A DNA stretch of 64,000 nt from Candidatus Omnitrophota bacterium (GCA_029261055.1 JAJDCA010000015.1:19998-83997), one strand, 5' to 3'; numbered from the stretch's first letter, positions 1-10,143 are shown. Program-made: numbers and translations. Notes: generated from the sequence alone by a model not told the origin.

Positions 1-3000
1 CTCTTGAATAGCTTTACTTTGTTTCGTTAATGCAACAATGCGTGATTCCTTATTCTTACCGACAAACTCTACATTCTTTAACTGTTTTTCATATTCTTTA
101 ATTTTCTCTTCTAAAGGCGCTTTCGCTTGAATAATTTGTGACGGAATCGTAGTCTTTACTTCTTTCAACATATTGGCCATATCAGCTAATTTGTTTTTTA
201 ATAAAATACGGTCCTTTTCGCTTTGACTTAATTGTCCTTGAATGGCTTCCCTTTGTTTTGCCAACTCAACAATACGTGATTCTTTCCCCTTAGAGGCAAA
301 CTCTACATTCTTTAATTGTTTTTCATATCCTTTAATTTTCTTTTCTAAAGGCGCTTTCGCTTGGATAATTTGTGACGGCATCGTAGCCTTTACTTCTTTC
401 AATTCATTGGCCGTATCAGCTAACTTGTTTTTTGATAAAATACGATCCTTTTCGCTTTGACTTAATTGTCTTTGAATGGCTTCCCTTTGTTTTGCCAACT
501 CAACAATACGCAGCTCCTTCTTTTGACGAACGGAGGCTTCTTCTCGTAGTTTATTGGAATATTTCCTTATCTTTTCTTCTAAAGGACCTTTAACTGAGGC
601 TAACTGTTGAATTGAAGTTGACTCCGCTTCTTTCAATTTGGCCTCATACATTTTTATCTTCTCTTCCAAAGGCTTCTTACTTTGTATAATTCTTGCTGGA
701 ATGCTCTCTTCCGATTTTTTTAATCTTTTCTTTGTATCCGCAAGCTCCTCCTGCAATAAATTTTTGGCCTTTGTATTTTGTGCAAGCTTTTTACTAATGC
801 CGGAACTTTCTTCTTTTAATCTTTCTAACACTTCTTCTTTGGCATTAATCGAAAGTTTAGATATTTTTAAATCTGTTTCGTATTTTTTAATTTTTTCTTC
901 TAAAGGTTCTTTAGCTTTGGCAATTTGTGATGGAACAGAAGCCATCGTTTTTTTCACTGTATCGGTGGCACTGGCTAACTCTCTTTGTAATGAAGCCCTT
1001 TCTTCTTTTATTTGAGTTAACTGCTTTTGAATAGCTTCACTTTGCTTCCTTAATGCAACAATTCGTGATTCCTTATCCTGACCCACTAACTCCATATTAT
1101 TTACCCGTTTTTCATATCCTTTAATTCTTTCCTCTAAAGGTGATTTAGCTCGAATAATTTGTGATAGAACAGAGGTCTTCAACTCTTTCAAGGTATCGTT
1201 AGTGTCTGCGAGTTTGTTTTCTAAAAAAACACGATCCTTTTTACTTTGATTTAATTGCACTTGAATACTTGAGCTTTGTTCTGCCAATTCAATAATACGC
1301 TGATCTTTCTTTTCACGAACAGATGATTCGTCTTTCAATTTATTGGCATATTCCTTTATCTTTTCTTCTAACGGCATCTTAGCTTCGACCAATTGTTTGG
1401 CTGTAGCGGCCTCCGCCTCTTTTAATTTAGCTTCATAACTTCTTATCTTCTCCTCCAAAGACGCTTTGATTTTCATAATTTTTGTCGGAATACTTGCTTT
1501 TGTTTCTTTCAATGCTTTCTTCGTATCCGACAACTCTTCCTGTAATAAATCCCGTGTCTTTTCATTCTTTGCCATCTGTTTACGAATATCCGAATGCTCG
1601 CCCTTTAACTTTGCCAATTTTTCTTCTTTAGCATTAATTGAAAGCTCAGATATTTTTAAATCTGATTCATATTCTTTAATCTTTTCTTCCAAGGGCTCCT
1701 TGGCTTTGATAATTTGTAACGGAATAGCGGACTTCAGCTCTTTCAAGGTATCGTCAGTGTCTAAGAATTTATTTTCTAAGAAAATACGGTCTTGTTCAAT
1801 TTGTCTTAATTGTTTTTGAATATTTTCATTTTGTTTTGCCAAATCAACAATGCGTCGTTCCTTTTTTTCACGAATGGATGTTTCATCCTTTAATTTATTG
1901 GCATATTCCTTTATCTTTTCTTCTAACGGCATCTTAGCTTCGACTAATTGTTTAACTGTAGCGGCCTCGGCCTCTTTTAATTTAGCTTCATAACTTCTTA
2001 TCTTCTCCTCCAAAGACGCTTTAATTTGCATAATTTTTGTCGGGATACTTGCTTCTGTTTCTTTCAATGCCTTCTTCGTATCCGCCAACTCTTCCTGTAA
2101 TAAATTCCGTGTCTTTTCATTCTTTGCCATCTGTTTACGAATATCCGAATGCTCGCCCTTTAACTTTGCCAGCTTTTCTTCTTTAGCATTAATTGAAAGC
2201 TCAGATATCTTTAAATCTGATTCATATTCTTTAATCTTTTCTTCCAAGGGTTCCTTGGCTTTGGCAATTTGTGACGGAATAGCGGATTTCAGCTCTGTTA
2301 ATACACCGTTTGTATCTACGAATTTGTTTTCTAACAAAATACGGCCTTGTTCAATTTGTCGTAATTGTTTTTGAATATTTTCATTTTGTTTTGCCAAATC
2401 AACAATGCGTCGTTCCTTCCTTTCACGAATGGATGTTTCATCCTTTAATTTATTGGCATATTCTTTTACCTTTGATTCTAAAGACAACTTAACTTCAGCT
2501 AATTGCTTGCGTGCAGATGCTTCCGATTCTTTTAATTTAACCTCGTAAGCGCTTATCTTGCCTTCCAAAGGTTTTTTGTTTTGCATAATCATTGTCGGAA
2601 TACTTTCTTCTGTTTCTTTTAATTTTCTCTTTGTATCCGCCAATTCCTCCTGCAATAATCCCTGTGTCTGTGTATTTTGTGCAAGCTGCTTACGAATACT
2701 TACATTTTCCTCCTTAAACGTTGCCAACCTTTCTTCCTTAACACCACTCGAAAGCTCAGATGCGTTTAAATCTATTTCATATCTTCTAATTTTTTCCTCA
2801 AGAGGTGACTTGGCTTGCGCAATTTGTGATGGAATAGACGTTTTCAATTCTTTCACCATATCATTGGCATCTTCCAATTTATTTTCTAAAAAAATACGGT
2901 CCATTTCACTTTGATTTAGTTTCTTTTCAATGCTCTCGCTTTGTTGCGCCAACTCAACAATACTCTGCTCTTTCTCTTCACGAGAAGACACTTCGGCTTT

Positions 3001-5838
3001 CAATTCGTTCCTTGCATCCGCCAATTCCTCCTGCAACATTTCCTGTGCCTTTGTATTTTTTACAAGCTGTTCACGAACATCTAAATGAGCTTCCTTTAAG
3101 TTTTCTAACTTCTTTTCTTTAACATCAATCGAAAGCTTAGACATTCTTAAATCTGTTTCATACTTTCTAATCTTTTCTTCTAAAGATTCTTTAGCTTGGA
3201 CAATTTGTGATGGAATAGACGTCTTCAATTCTTTCAGCACATTATTCACATCTGCCAGTTTATTTTCTAAAAAAACATGGCCTTTTTCGCTTTCACTTAA
3301 CTGCTTTTGAATACTTTCGTTTTGCTGTGTTAATTCAATAATACGACGCTCTTTCTTTTCACGCGCGGATGCCTCATTCTTTAACTTATTTTCATGTTCT
3401 TTTACCTGGGCCTTTAACGGCTCCTTAGCGTCAGATACCTGCTTGATAGTCCTCGCCTCTGCTTCTTTCAATTTAGCTTCATAAAACCTTGTCTTCTCTT
3501 CCAATTGTTTACGCATTTCTCGATTATCCGCCTTAAATTTAACCAAATTCTCTTCCTTAGCCTTACGTGAAAATTCATTAACCTTTAAATTTGACTCATA
3601 ATCTTCAATTCGTTCTTCCAAAGGTTCTTTGGCCTTGGCAATCTGCACCGGAATAGATAATTTCACTTTTTCCAATATCCCGTTAGAATCAAATAATTTA
3701 TTTTTCAAAATATCATGTTCTTCTTTGACATAACTTAATTCTTTTTGAATTTTTTCATTCTGTGTTGTTAACGTAATAATACGTGACTCTTTATCCCTGT
3801 CGGTAAGCTGGATATTTTTTAGCTTTCTTTCGTATTCTTCAAGCTTTTCTTCTAAAGGCACTTTAACCTGCATAATTTGTGATGGCACAGACACCTTCAT
3901 TTCTTTCAATAAAGTGTCTGTCTCCGCCAACTTATTCTCTAAGGAATTACGGTCCTTTTGGGTTTGAGTTAATTGGCTCTGAATGCTTTCATTTTGTTTT
4001 GTCAGCTCAGAAATACGCTGCTCTTTAGAAGATTTTGTTTCTTTTAATTTAGCGTCGTGTATTTTGACTTGTTTTTCAAGTGTTTCTGCTTTCTCTTTCA
4101 AATCCGCCGCTACTTTTTCGCTTTGCTGAAATTTATTATCAAGATTTTCTTTTTCTTTTGCTAGCTCATCTAATGCTTTTTCTTTTTCTTTAAGTAACGA
4201 CTTAGTCTCACTCAACTTCTTCCCATAAGTTCGAATCTCATCCTCCAATGGTGATTTGGCTTGAGAAACTTCTTTAAGTAATGTTCTTTCCGCTTTTTTC
4301 AATTTCTTTTGTGCCGTCTCCCATTTTTCTTTAAGAGCCATTCTTGCAACATCACTTTCCTGTAATTTCAAATCAATTGTTTCGCTTTTCACCACAAGTT
4401 CTGAAATCTTTTCTTCCTTTGCCTTACGCATCGACTTTTCGAATTTTACCTCTTCTTCAAGAACACTTATCTTTTGCTCTAGCGGAACTCGCATTTCTGT
4501 AAATTGGGCCGACAGGGTGTTCTTCCTATCCATCAATTTTTCTTTCAGGGTTGCCAATTCTTCTTTTAAGATTTTTTGTTGCCGTTCGCTATCAGACAAC
4601 TGCGACAACTGCTTATCCATATTTTCTTTACTTTCACGTAAAACGGTAAGCTCCGACTCTTGCACCTTCACCAACGCTTCAGCCCTCTTCCATTTGTCTT
4701 CAAGAATAATTTTCTTCTGTTTAGCTTCATTTAATTGTTCACGGACGCTATCATTTTCTGTCTTCAACTTTTGACTCTGAATTTCTTTTTGCTGCACAGA
4801 TACCTTTGTTAACTTTAATTTATCTTTAATAACTTTAATTTCTTCTTCCAACGGAACCTTGACTCTGTTGACTTCATCGCGGAATGACGTCTCTGAATCA
4901 TTAAATTTCCCCCTCACATCTGCCAACTGACTTTCCAATAACGCATTTTTCTGTTGAGCCTTTTTTAACGCTTCATCCGTAGTCTGTTTGGCTTTATCAA
5001 AAGATTTAATACTGCCTTCATTCTCTTGAATGTCTTTTTCCGCTGATTCTAATTTCTTTGTTAAAACCCTAATTTTTGTCTCTAAGGGTAACCGCCCCTC
5101 TTTAACTTTTAGACCGACCGACCTTTTTAATTCTTTCAGCTCACTTTCAAGCAGCGCCAATTCATCATTTAGCTTCGTTTTCTTTTTTTGTAAATCGGAA
5201 ATGTCTCGTGTGGAAGATTGTTGTTTTTTTATTAAGGAATCTAATTCATTTTCTTTTTCTTGGATTATTTCTCGAGAATTATCCAAATTCTTTTCTAAAG
5301 CGAATATTTTTGCCTGAAGAGGAAGCTTAGCTTCATTGACCTTTTCAACAATATTTGTTTCGACAAAGTCAATTTTCTGTTCCAACGGAACCTTAACTTC
5401 TAATAATCTCCGCTGAAATTGGAGTTCCTTTTCTTGAAAACTTCCTCTCAATTCTTTTAATTTTTCAGATAACGACACTCTTTCCTGACGGATACCTGTA
5501 AGCTGATCCAACAACGATTTCTTCTGAAGCTCCAAGTTTTCAATGACGGTATCAGACTCAAAAGAACGGCTGTCGATATCAATCATTTTTTTATGCAGGC
5601 TAAGAACTTCTTTTTCAAGAGAATTCCTTGCCGCATCAAGATCAGCAAGTTCTTGTTGTAGCTGACCTTTATCAGCCCGTAAATTCTGGATAACAAGATT
5701 TCTTCTCTCAATTGTTGCTCTCAGAGATTCTTCGGAATCCAAATCTTTTCCCTGAGCAGAAATAATATTTATCGAAGAAATAATAATAAATGTACTAATG
5801 ATGCATCTGTAAATAAGGGGGGATGTATTAATTTTCAT
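1..5838 (-). CDS. Giant secreted coiled-coil repeat protein, N-terminal >1,945 codons. The C-terminus lies beyond the window start. Not in the supplied ORF track because it is truncated by the window edge.
   Basis: An ATG at 5838..5836 (complement) is followed by a signal-peptide-like N-terminus (MKINTSPLIYRCIISTFIIISSINIISAQG). Minus-strand codon boundaries at 150, 1377 and 1932 share the frame of the ATG at 5838 (all are multiples of 3). The translated units are E/K/L/Q-rich with a recurring (M)PLEEKIKEYE motif. The plus-strand ORFs listed in 242..5317 are low-complexity antisense artefacts. Confidence 0.75.
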   Translation of the reverse strand, partial: MKINTSPLIYRCIISTFIIISSINIISAQGKDLDSEESLRATIERRNLVIQNLRADKGQLQQELADLDAARNSLEKEVLSLHKKMIDIDSRSFESDTVIENLELQKKSLLDQLTGIRQERVSLSEKLKELRGSFQEKELQFQRRLLEVKVPLEQKIDFVETNIVEKVNEAKLPLQAKIFALEKNLDNSREIIQEKENELDSLIKKQQSSTRDISDLQKKKTKLNDELALLESELKELKRSVGLKVKEGRLPLETKIRVLTKKLESAEKDIQENEGSIKSFDKAKQTTDEALKKAQQKNALLESQLADVRGKFNDSETSFRDEVNRVKVPLEEEIKVIKDKLKLTKVSVQQKEIQSQKLKTENDSVREQLNEAKQKKIILEDKWKRAEALVKVQESELTVLRESKENMDKQLSQLSDSERQQKILKEELATLKEKLMDRKNTLSAQFTEMRVPLEQKISVLEEEVKFEKSMRKAKEEKISELVVKSETIDLKLQESDVARMALKEKWETAQKKLKKAERTLLKEVSQAKSPLEDEIRTYGKKLSETKSLLKEKEKALDELAKEKENLDNKFQQSEKVAADLKEKAETLEKQVKIHDAKLKETKSSKEQRISELTKQNESIQSQLTQTQKDRNSLENKLAETDTLLKEMKVSVPSQIMQVKVPLEEKLEEYERKLKNIQLTDRDKESRIITLTTQNEKIQKELSYVKEEHDILKNKLFDSNGILEKVKLSIPVQIAKAKEPLEERIEDYESNLKVNEFSRKAKEENLVKFKADNREMRKQLEEKTRFYEAKLKEAEARTIKQVSDAKEPLKAQVKEHENKLKNEASAREKKERRIIELTQQNESIQKQLSESEKGHVFLENKLADVNNVLKELKTSIPSQIVQAKESLEEKIRKYETDLRMSKLSIDVKEKKLENLKEAHLDVREQLVKNTKAQEMLQEELADARNELKAEVSSREEKEQSIVELAQQSESIEKKLNQSEMDRIFLENKLEDANDMVKELKTSIPSQIAQAKSPLEEKIRRYEIDLNASELSSGVKEERLATFKEENVSIRKQLAQNTQTQGLLQEELADTKRKLKETEESIPTMIMQNKKPLEGKISAYEVKLKESEASARKQLAEVKLSLESKVKEYANKLKDETSIRERKERRIVDLAKQNENIQKQLRQIEQGRILLENKFVDTNGVLTELKSAIPSQIAKAKEPLEEKIKEYESDLKISELSINAKEEKLAKLKGEHSDIRKQMAKNEKTRNLLQEELADTKKALKETEASIPTKIMQIKASLEEKIRSYEAKLKEAEAATVKQLVEAKMPLEEKIKEYANKLKDETSIREKKERRIVDLAKQNENIQKQLRQIEQDRIFLENKFLDTDDTLKELKSAIPLQIIKAKEPLEEKIKEYESDLKISELSINAKEEKLAKLKGEHSDIRKQMAKNEKTRDLLQEELSDTKKALKETKASIPTKIMKIKASLEEKIRSYEAKLKEAEAATAKQLVEAKMPLEEKIKEYANKLKDESSVREKKDQRIIELAEQSSSIQVQLNQSKKDRVFLENKLADTNDTLKELKTSVLSQIIRAKSPLEERIKGYEKRVNNMELVGQDKESRIVALRKQSEAIQKQLTQIKEERASLQRELASATDTVKKTMASVPSQIAKAKEPLEEKIKKYETDLKISKLSINAKEEVLERLKEESSGISKKLAQNTKAKNLLQEELADTKKRLKKSEESIPARIIQSKKPLEEKIKMYEAKLKEAESTSIQQLASVKGPLEEKIRKYSNKLREEASVRQKKELRIVELAKQREAIQRQLSQSEKDRILSKNKLADTANELKEVKATMPSQIIQAKAPLEKKIKGYEKQLKNVEFASKGKESRIVELAKQREAIQGQLSQSEKDRILLKNKLADMANMLKEVKTTIPSQIIQAKAPLEEKIKEYEKQLKNVEFVGKNKESRIVALTKQSKAIQE
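1322..2431 (-). repeat. Two near-identical tandem 555-bp (185-codon) coding repeats inside the giant coiled-coil gene. Degenerate copies of the same unit, and of a shorter ~237-bp sub-unit, occur throughout 1..5000.
   Basis: The MPLEEKIKEY codons recur at 1377 and 1932 (555 bp apart) with almost identical flanking sequence. 'ttctaaaggcgctttcgcttg(a/g)ataatttgtgacgg' recurs at 108 and 345. Confidence 0.8.
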
Positions 5839-6652
5839 AGGACCTTTTCTTTCTTTCTAATAATTCGACTATTTTTTTTAATTTAACTTTTAAATGAACA
5901 ATGGTTTTTTGTAATTTCTTAATTTCAACCTGACTTTTATCTTTTTTCTGAACATCCTGCAATTGTTGATTTTCATGTTTCAATAAAGAATTCTGTAATT
6001 CTAATTTTTTAATTTTTTCTTTGGCTAATTTAAAATCAAGGCTTAATTGTTCATGCTCAGCATCTAAAATCTTTTTTTCATTCAAAAGCTCTGCTAAATT
6101 ATTCGTTAGCGTAAGATAATTGCCCGATAGTTTCTGAAATTGATCAAAAGCCTGCTGCCTATTGGCAGATACCACTCCATCCGGCATAGCAGAACCCTCT
6201 TCGGAAATGCTTACGTCAAGAGTAATCCCGGAGTTTTTTTCCGAAACCTCTTGAACAAGACGACTCTTCTCTGCTTTCCTCTCTTCAGAAACTTTTCTTT
6301 TCTTTTCTTCAACCGTAAATATCTTAACCACCTGACTCCCGACTTGCAGATCCTGAAATTCCATGCGCATGGCAAATTTCCCTTTTCTCCTGGAGGGAAT
6401 CAACTTGGATATGGCACTGGACGTCTCTGCCACCTCTAAATGCGTGATAAAATGCCCCTCCTGATAAATTTCGACGATATCGCCTTTCTTAAGATCCATA
6501 CTGCTAAGATCTGTAAAGGCTATCTTGTATTTTTTGTTAACATTGATAATCTCGCCATAAACTTCTTCCTGGGCAAATACATTCCCGCTAAACCCGACAA
6601 AACAACTAAAAACGAATAGTACGACACTCACATATTTTCTTAAATTTTTCAT
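5828..6652 (-). CDS. Secreted protein with an N-terminal signal peptide, a small beta-rich domain and a C-terminal coiled coil. It sits in an operon immediately upstream of the giant coiled-coil gene.
   Basis: 274-aa ORF. The signal peptide is MKNLRKYVSVVLFVFSCFVGFSGNVFAQ. The C-terminal half is K/E/L/Q-rich heptad-like. Its stop overlaps the giant gene start by about 11 nt. Confidence 0.55.
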   Translation of the reverse strand: MKNLRKYVSVVLFVFSCFVGFSGNVFAQEEVYGEIINVNKKYKIAFTDLSSMDLKKGDIVEIYQEGHFITHLEVAETSSAISKLIPSRRKGKFAMRMEFQDLQVGSQVVKIFTVEEKKRKVSEERKAEKSRLVQEVSEKNSGITLDVSISEEGSAMPDGVVSANRQQAFDQFQKLSGNYLTLTNNLAELLNEKKILDAEHEQLSLDFKLAKEKIKKLELQNSLLKHENQQLQDVQKKDKSQVEIKKLQKTIVHLKVKLKKIVELLERKKRSYEN

Positions 6653-7734
6653 ACCGCAAGATCTCCATTATTCCTTGGATCATGATATTTTTCTTTTAAT
6701 TCTTGAATTTGTGAAGAAATTTCCATAAAGGCCTCTAGCAATTTTGAATCAAAATGCGTTCCGCCACCTTTCTGGATTTCTTCTATGGCTTCCTCACTAG
6801 ACCAGGCTTTCTTATAGGGCCGTGCACTCGTTAAGGCGTCAAAGACATCACATAAACCGCATATGCGTCCTACCAAAGGAATGGCTTCACCTTTAAGCCC
6901 CCCTGGATATCCTGTCCCATCCCATTTTTCATGATGTGTTAAAGCAATTTCTTGGGCGATTTTAAGAAATTCAGAATCACTTCCGTCCAACAATTCAGCT
7001 CCGATGGTTGTATGCGTCTTCATGATCTCCCATTCATTCTCCGTAAGTTTTCCCGGCTTTTGAAGAATACTGTCTGGAATTCCTATTTTACCAATATCAT
7101 GAAGAGGACTGGCTGTTAAAATCATTTCACACTCTTGACCGCTTAAGCCTACTTTTTTCGCAAGACATTCTGAATAATGACTCATCCGAATAATATGCAT
7201 TCCTGTTTCAGAATCACGATATTCTACAGCCCGTGCTAAACGCTGAATAACATCCACTTGTGATTCATAAAGTTTTTGTGTACGATCCTTCACTCTTTGT
7301 TCTAAAACCTTATTTTGATCTTGGATTTCATTATGCAGCATCCGAACCTCAATCATATTCTTAATCCGGATAAGAACTTCTACGCGATCGTAAGGTTTGT
7401 TAAGAAAATCTTTTGCCCCGGACTCAAGCGCACGAAACCGAACTTCCTGATTCTGCTCATCCGATATGACAATAATAGGAAGATACGTATCCCCATCAAT
7501 TTCCTTCAACTGCTCCATAATTTGAAAACCATCCAGATGGGGCATTGTCAAATCTAAAATCAACACTTCTGGTCTAATTTCTTGATAAAGCGCTTTAACC
7601 TGGCGAGGATCCGTTGTTAAGGTAATATTTGTAAAGCCATCTTTTTTTAAAATGGCTTCCAATAGACGAATGCTAATATCTTGATCGTCTACAACAAGTA
7701 TTTTGGCTTGTAAAAGTTTATCCCCATTCATCAC
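6649..7734 (-). CDS. Response regulator: CheY-like receiver plus HD-GYP c-di-GMP phosphodiesterase (RpfG-like).
   Basis: N-terminal receiver (ILVVDDQDISIRLLEAIL...LILDLTMPHLDG). C-terminal HD-GYP motifs (HDIGKIGIPDSIL, HHEKWDGTGYPGGLKGEAIP). Confidence 0.85.
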   Translation of the reverse strand: MMNGDKLLQAKILVVDDQDISIRLLEAILKKDGFTNITLTTDPRQVKALYQEIRPEVLILDLTMPHLDGFQIMEQLKEIDGDTYLPIIVISDEQNQEVRFRALESGAKDFLNKPYDRVEVLIRIKNMIEVRMLHNEIQDQNKVLEQRVKDRTQKLYESQVDVIQRLARAVEYRDSETGMHIIRMSHYSECLAKKVGLSGQECEMILTASPLHDIGKIGIPDSILQKPGKLTENEWEIMKTHTTIGAELLDGSDSEFLKIAQEIALTHHEKWDGTGYPGGLKGEAIPLVGRICGLCDVFDALTSARPYKKAWSSEEAIEEIQKGGGTHFDSKLLEAFMEISSQIQELKEKYHDPRNNGDLAV

Positions 7735-8486
7735 TTTAAAGAAAAACCCCTCATTTTTTCAAGAAATGTGTAATCTGTTGAATCACTATGGATAGGCGTT
7801 ACGGTAACATAATTATCGTTGAGATAATACGTGTCACTTTGATCATTCTTCTTTTTTCCAGGTAACTTCCCGGCCATCCAATAATATTCACGCAAATTTG
7901 GATCACGACGTTTACGAAAAGTGCCATGAATCGGCTTCAATCCCTGACGTACCATGCGAATACCTTTAATCTGAGAAGGTTTTACATGAGGCACATTCAC
8001 ATTAAGAAATGTTCCTTTAGGGATGTTTTTGTTACCGAATGACTGAACTAATTTCGCTCCGCATTTAGCGGCATAACTAAAATCTGCATCGCCAAACGTA
8101 TTTAATGATATGGCCAACGCAGGAATCCCAAGCAAAGCTCCTTCACGGGCACCGGCCACTGTTCCTGAATAAAAAACACTGCACCCTTCATTCGGCCCTA
8201 AATTAATCCCAGAAACAACCACATCCGGTTTCTTTTTGAGAAGAACACTGGTCGCAAACTTCACACAATCGGCAGGCGTTCCACTAATACCCGTCCCAAA
8301 AAAACGACCCTTACGCTTAACCCTACTATGCCAAAGCGGATGTGCCAATGTAATCCCATGGCCAACCGAACTCTTCTGCGTATCCGGAGCAACTATTGTA
8401 ATGGAACCTAACTTCTTCAATTCCAAGTACAAAGCATAAATCCCCTCTGCATAAATCCCATCATCATTCGTCAAAAGTATGTGCAT
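7731..8486 (-). CDS. surE: 5'/3'-nucleotidase SurE.
   Basis: The N-terminal MHILLTNDDGIYAEGIYAL motif and the length (251 aa) are typical of SurE. Its stop overlaps the downstream HD-GYP regulator start. Confidence 0.85.
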   Translation of the reverse strand: MHILLTNDDGIYAEGIYALYLELKKLGSITIVAPDTQKSSVGHGITLAHPLWHSRVKRKGRFFGTGISGTPADCVKFATSVLLKKKPDVVVSGINLGPNEGCSVFYSGTVAGAREGALLGIPALAISLNTFGDADFSYAAKCGAKLVQSFGNKNIPKGTFLNVNVPHVKPSQIKGIRMVRQGLKPIHGTFRKRRDPNLREYYWMAGKLPGKKKNDQSDTYYLNDNYVTVTPIHSDSTDYTFLEKMRGFSLK

Positions 8487-8531
8487 AAGGAGATACTATA
8501 TCATAATGTTATTATTGTTTCTAGCGTCTTT

Positions 8532-9374
8532 TTAAGTAGAATGCGCTTTGACTACGGTAGGCTGGGGCCGGCTTTTTTTGAGAAAAAAGACGATGGTGCT
8601 CAAATAAAGAACATAACTCACAACTTCAATCAATGATGGATTGCCGTTGTAGCCGAATAAGGCCTTAAGAAAAGAACCAATGCCTTGCTTTTCATTAAGG
8701 ATATGATTGATGTTCCAAACCGGAGCGTGGATTTCGGGGATGAGGTGAATTTCCTGAAGTTCATGAATACCGTAAGCAAGGAGACCTGCGGCAATTAAAA
8801 GTAAAAAGGCTCCACTGACACGAAAAAGTTTTCTAACAGGAACGCGTTTGCCTCCCATAAAAATAGCCGCTGCAATAAATACGGCCAATGCAAAACCTGC
8901 CAACCCTCCGACTGCGGAGACTGCATTTGAATTTCGTGCGGACATCGCGGTTAAAAATAATACTGTTTCTGCGCCTTCACGAAAAATGGCAAAAAATGGC
9001 AGACTAACAATAGCCATGTATTCGCTGTGGGTGATCGCAACTTCCATTTTAGACTCAATCGTACCCTTAATTTTTTTCGACTGACTATTCATCCAAAAAA
9101 CCATGTAGGTTAAAATACCGCACGCAATAAGCGAAATACCCCCTTCAATTAATTTTTCCGCACCTCCCTTAGCTGATTCTGTCAATGACATCAAACCTAT
9201 CCCAGCCATGATACTCACTCCAATCGCCACAAAAGAACTCACAAACACATGGATAAAATATTTTTTCTGATGCATCCTCGCTAACACTGTCAGAATAATC
9301 CCGATAACTAAACTGGCCTCGAGAGTTTCGCGAAACATAATAATAAATGTGGTAAAAATTGCGCCTGCGTCCAT
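8532..9374 (-). CDS. High-affinity iron permease, FTR1/EfeU family. The start is probably the internal Met (MDAGAIF) at 9374 rather than the track start at 9440.
   Basis: Two REXXE motifs (FRETLEAS, FREGAETVLFL) in a polytopic membrane protein. The 22 upstream codons of the track ORF lie inside an intergenic hairpin-repeat element. Confidence 0.7.
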   Translation of the reverse strand: MDAGAIFTTFIIMFRETLEASLVIGIILTVLARMHQKKYFIHVFVSSFVAIGVSIMAGIGLMSLTESAKGGAEKLIEGGISLIACGILTYMVFWMNSQSKKIKGTIESKMEVAITHSEYMAIVSLPFFAIFREGAETVLFLTAMSARNSNAVSAVGGLAGFALAVFIAAAIFMGGKRVPVRKLFRVSGAFLLLIAAGLLAYGIHELQEIHLIPEIHAPVWNINHILNEKQGIGSFLKALFGYNGNPSLIEVVSYVLYLSTIVFFLKKSRPQPTVVKAHST

Positions 9375-9384
9375 GTATTTTTCT

Positions 9385-9556
9385 CCTTGCTTTTTAAAAG
9401 AAGCAAAGTTGCAAGAAACAAGATGCAAAGAAAAAAGCAAAAATCAAAATCTTTTTTTGTTTCTTTACTTCTTACCTCTTGCCTTTTACTTCTTACTTTT
9501 CTATCTCTTAACTTTTTCTCTGCTTCTCATTTCTTTGCCTCTTACTTCTTTACTCA
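9385..9556. repeat. Purine-arm/pyrimidine-arm imperfect inverted-repeat element (AGAAGTAAGAG / CTCTTACTTCT family), copy 1.
   Basis: A purine-rich arm (aaagaagcaaagttgcaagaaacaagatgcaaagaaaaaagc...) is followed by a ~105-nt almost pure-pyrimidine tract (ctttacttcttacctcttgccttttacttcttac...). It lies between the tonB stop and the FTR1 start. Confidence 0.55.
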
Positions 9557-10143
9557 ACTAATCTAAATTCTACCGGAACGGTAATCTGTGATGAAAATGT
9601 CAAGTCGCCGGATTGCGCCGGTGAAAATTTCCAATTTTGAACCGTGCTTAATGCTGCTTCATCTAAAATTTTGTATCCCGAATTTTTTTCAATTTCAACC
9701 CGTGAAGCCATCCCATCCTTCGTAACAAACACACGTAAAATAACCACCCCTTCCCAACCACGCCGTCGGGCAACCCGCGGATACGCAGGTGCCGGATTAA
9801 TGTAATCTAAAGGTTTTGCCTCCACTTCCGCCCCTTTGGATTCATGACTTTCCACGACAATAGGCTCTACCTCCTCAACAGGCTTTTCTACCTTTTCCTC
9901 TACAGGTGGTTGATAAACTTCCGGTGAAGGTTCTATAGTCTCTTCAATGGCCACTACTTTTTCATATTCAATAACTTCTTCAATTTCCGGAACAGGTGGC
10001 TCTTCAACAAAAACCATCTCTAACGTATTCGGCGCCTGCAAAACAGCCATCTGCGGCGATGTCGGCATAAACTGCCCTGCACCTAAAACAGCTAAGTGTC
10101 CAGACAATGACAAAAATAATATCGGCATAAAAGCATCTTTCAT
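9550..10143 (-). CDS. tonB: Energy transducer TonB.
   Basis: A Pro/Glu-rich spacer (EEPPVPEIEEVIEYEKV...PVEEKVEKPVEE) and a TonB C-terminal domain (YPRVARRRGWEGVVILRVFVTKDGMASRVEIEKNSGYKILDEAALSTVQNWKFSP). Confidence 0.75.
   Translation of the reverse strand: MKDAFMPILFLSLSGHLAVLGAGQFMPTSPQMAVLQAPNTLEMVFVEEPPVPEIEEVIEYEKVVAIEETIEPSPEVYQPPVEEKVEKPVEEVEPIVVESHESKGAEVEAKPLDYINPAPAYPRVARRRGWEGVVILRVFVTKDGMASRVEIEKNSGYKILDEAALSTVQNWKFSPAQSGDLTFSSQITVPVEFRLVE

Noticed and set aside
1-5000. Regular repeats that might suggest a CRISPR array.
   Set aside because: The periodicity is 237/555 bp and in frame with a continuous ORF. There is no short direct repeat/unique spacer architecture. These are protein-coding tandem repeats.
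242-5317. Plus-strand ORFs of 72-125 aa (242..460, 638..1015, 1466..1819, 2558..2914, 4517..4774, 5030..5317) with S/F/L-rich translations.
   Set aside because: They are antisense to the minus-strand giant coiled-coil gene, whose K/E-rich codons leave the opposite strand stop-poor. They have no RBS or start context and a low-complexity composition.
9349-9561. The 70-aa plus-strand ORF (MVKIAPASMYFSPCFLKE...LLLISLPLTSLLN) and the CT-rich tracts at 11334..11416 and 46091..46166 as possible coding sequence for Ser/Leu-rich peptides.
   Set aside because: They coincide with the pyrimidine arms of the intergenic inverted-repeat elements. They are AT/CT low-complexity without start or RBS context.
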